Source: Chloroflexota bacterium | Lineage (GTDB): Bacteria; Chloroflexota; Anaerolineae; Aggregatilineales; UBA3940 | NCBI GenBank assembly: GCA_010092775.1 | Contig: JAADYZ010000089.1 | Span: forward strand, 1-48,171 | Reading direction: 5' to 3' | DNA length: 48,171 nucleotides | In this document: in pieces, positions 46,858 through 48,171 of the stretch | Position numbering within the stretch: the first letter of the stretch is position 1 | Layout of the letters: every line of letters starts with the position of its first letter | Notes under the pieces: model-generated | Databases searched by the model: none | Seen by the model: the letters and a program-made list of their open reading frames with translations, nothing else | Told to the model about the DNA's origin: nothing | Translations under genes and position numbers: made by a program

Positions 46858-48171
46858 TCGCTGCTTGTTTGCCTGGCGAGCTGCGTCTGGCGGAATTGAC
46901 GCACACGTTCTTCCCCCTGGGCGGTCAGCGCGACCTGACCGCCATCGATTTGGATTAACTTGGTGTTCTGCAATTGCTGTAATATGCGCTGCATTTTGGG
47001 CGCTGGCCAGCGAAAGTGTTGGTACAGGGTAGAAGAGGCCAGTTCCTCACGCGCATCATGACTGTGCTGGTGCCGATGGACATGCCCCAAGACAACTTGC
47101 CGCTCAAAGGCACGCCGCTGTGTCTGGCGACGAATCAACGTTGAGACCAGCCCATACTTAGGAGACAGAATCCAGGCGGCGACGAAGAAGACAAACATCA
47201 TGATGACCATTGATGCCGAGATGGACGAATCCCAGTCTTCCAATAGCCCTAAGTTGAACCCATTGTTGAGGGCCACCAGGACCGAGTCGATTTGCAGCAC
47301 CCCAAAGAAGCTGCCCCGCGCAAGATCATAGCCGAAATATGCCCCAAGTACCCCAATGACTGCGCTGATGGCCAACATCATCGAAAGCCGATCCGTCAGG
47401 AGGTAGGCCGTCGCGGGAGGAATGATGAAGAAGGCAATTACCAGGATTGAGCCAACTGCATCGAAGGCACCGACTGCCACCAAACTCACCATCACCATTA
47501 GGGTGTAGGTCAATGCTGTGGGCCGAAAGCCCAAGGCTTCAGCAAGGGCTGGGTCGAAGGTCGAGAGTTTGAGTTCTTTATAGAATACGAGGACAAAGCC
47601 GATGGTCAAGAGGGTCAACAACATCATCACGGTGATGGACTTGGGCCAGAAGACCTCAACTTGATCGCCTTGTATGGCCTGAAATGTGCCGCAGTTGGTG
47701 CAGAACTCGGCGAATTCAGCCTCTTCATCGCGCGGGCTGATCCCGTCGCCACAATTCGTGCAGCGGCGATTGAATTCAGCGCGCGGGTCATCGGGGCTGA
47801 TGGTGACAGTGACGGTCCCGCAGTTTTCCACACAATGGGTGTTGGCGTTGGCCCAGGCCACACCAATCTCTCCGACCATGACGGCATCTTCATCCAGATG
47901 AACGTCATCGACATAGCGCGACACCAGTATCACCGCGATGGCAAAGAGCAGCGGGAAGGCCAATCCGAGGGCTGCATCTTGTTTGACAAGGCCTGATTTG
48001 TACAGGAGTTCGGTCAATACAACCGTACCAACGCCAGCCGCAGCAGCGCCGATGATCAACCAGGGAGACGAGAGATCGGGTTCCAGACCGAATACGGCTG
48101 TCATCACGATAAAAGCTGTGACGATACCCAACAAAACGGTATGGCTAATGGCGTCGCTGGTCAGTGCCATC
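46854..48171 (-). CDS. Metal (Mn/Zn/Fe) ABC-3 family permease, 5'-truncated by the window edge, with a Cys-rich insertion and a C-terminal DtxR-like winged-helix domain
   Basis: (R)MALTSDAISH is an internal ABC-3 motif, so the true start lies beyond 48171. Insertion CVENC...CTNC...CTNC at about nt 47646-47861. His-rich HVHRHQHSH, then KMQRILQQLQNTKLIQIDGGQVALTAQGEERV at about nt 46857-47123. Confidence 0.8.
   Translation of the reverse strand, partial: MALTSDAISHTVLLGIVTAFIVMTAVFGLEPDLSSPWLIIGAAAAGVGTVVLTELLYKSGLVKQDAALGLAFPLLFAIAVILVSRYVDDVHLDEDAVMVGEIGVAWANANTHCVENCGTVTVTISPDDPRAEFNRRCTNCGDGISPRDEEAEFAEFCTNCGTFQAIQGDQVEVFWPKSITVMMLLTLLTIGFVLVFYKELKLSTFDPALAEALGFRPTALTYTLMVMVSLVAVGAFDAVGSILVIAFFIIPPATAYLLTDRLSMMLAISAVIGVLGAYFGYDLARGSFFGVLQIDSVLVALNNGFNLGLLEDWDSSISASMVIMMFVFFVAAWILSPKYGLVSTLIRRQTQRRAFERQVVLGHVHRHQHSHDAREELASSTLYQHFRWPAPKMQRILQQLQNTKLIQIDGGQVALTAQGEERVRQFRQTQLARQTSSD

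Noticed and set aside
1-48171. Mobile elements, prophage, defence systems, RiPP/NRPS/PKS clusters, tRNA/rRNA genes.
   Set aside because: Reading the ORF translations and intergenic regions turned up no integrase, transposase or recombinase motifs. I also found no terminal inverted repeats, phage structural genes or tRNA-like cloverleaf regions.

Overview
This is a 48.2-kb, moderately GC-rich chromosomal window. I found no rRNA, tRNA, CRISPR array, transposase or integrase. About 38 protein genes are densely packed, and many are translationally coupled through ATGA or TGATG overlaps. The lipobox-rich exported proteins, menaquinone genes, a T-box leader and DUF1800/DUF1501 genes suggest a Chloroflexota-like or similar organism, but that is inference only.

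Gene content in order:
- a HAD-like protein, a stop-interrupted PQQ-type beta-propeller lipoprotein, a processive GT2 glycan synthase and a flavoprotein disulfide reductase
- a five-gene coupled operon joining a NitT/TauT-type ABC importer to menG and menA
- a flavodoxin
- a minus-strand block holding an OmpR/HK two-component system, lipoproteins, DUF1800 and a stop-interrupted DUF1501
- a VOC dioxygenase and an SLC13/TrkA-C permease
- an ArsR-headed operon (21.6-28.1 kb), described below
- an SBBP beta-propeller lipoprotein and a saccharopine-dehydrogenase-like reductase
- a Trp-specific T-box leader in front of a stand-alone trpB2
- a LacI-controlled alpha-glucoside locus with a GH13 glucosidase, an orphan kinase-like protein and a CUT1 ABC importer
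- a GT-C membrane glycosyltransferase, a CAP-domain lipoprotein and a sulfatase
- a 5'-truncated metal ABC permease carrying a Cys-rich insertion and a C-terminal DtxR-like winged helix

The best candidate for an undescribed system is the ArsR-headed operon. It encodes an octaheme OTR-family cytochrome c, a heptaheme-c/cytochrome-b fusion (CbcL-like) and a split YeeE/YedE sulfur transporter with a degenerate rhodanese domain. I read it as a self-contained quinol-to-extracytoplasmic sulfur-oxyanion respiratory and uptake module.

All family assignments come from reading motifs in the supplied translations. No database search was run.
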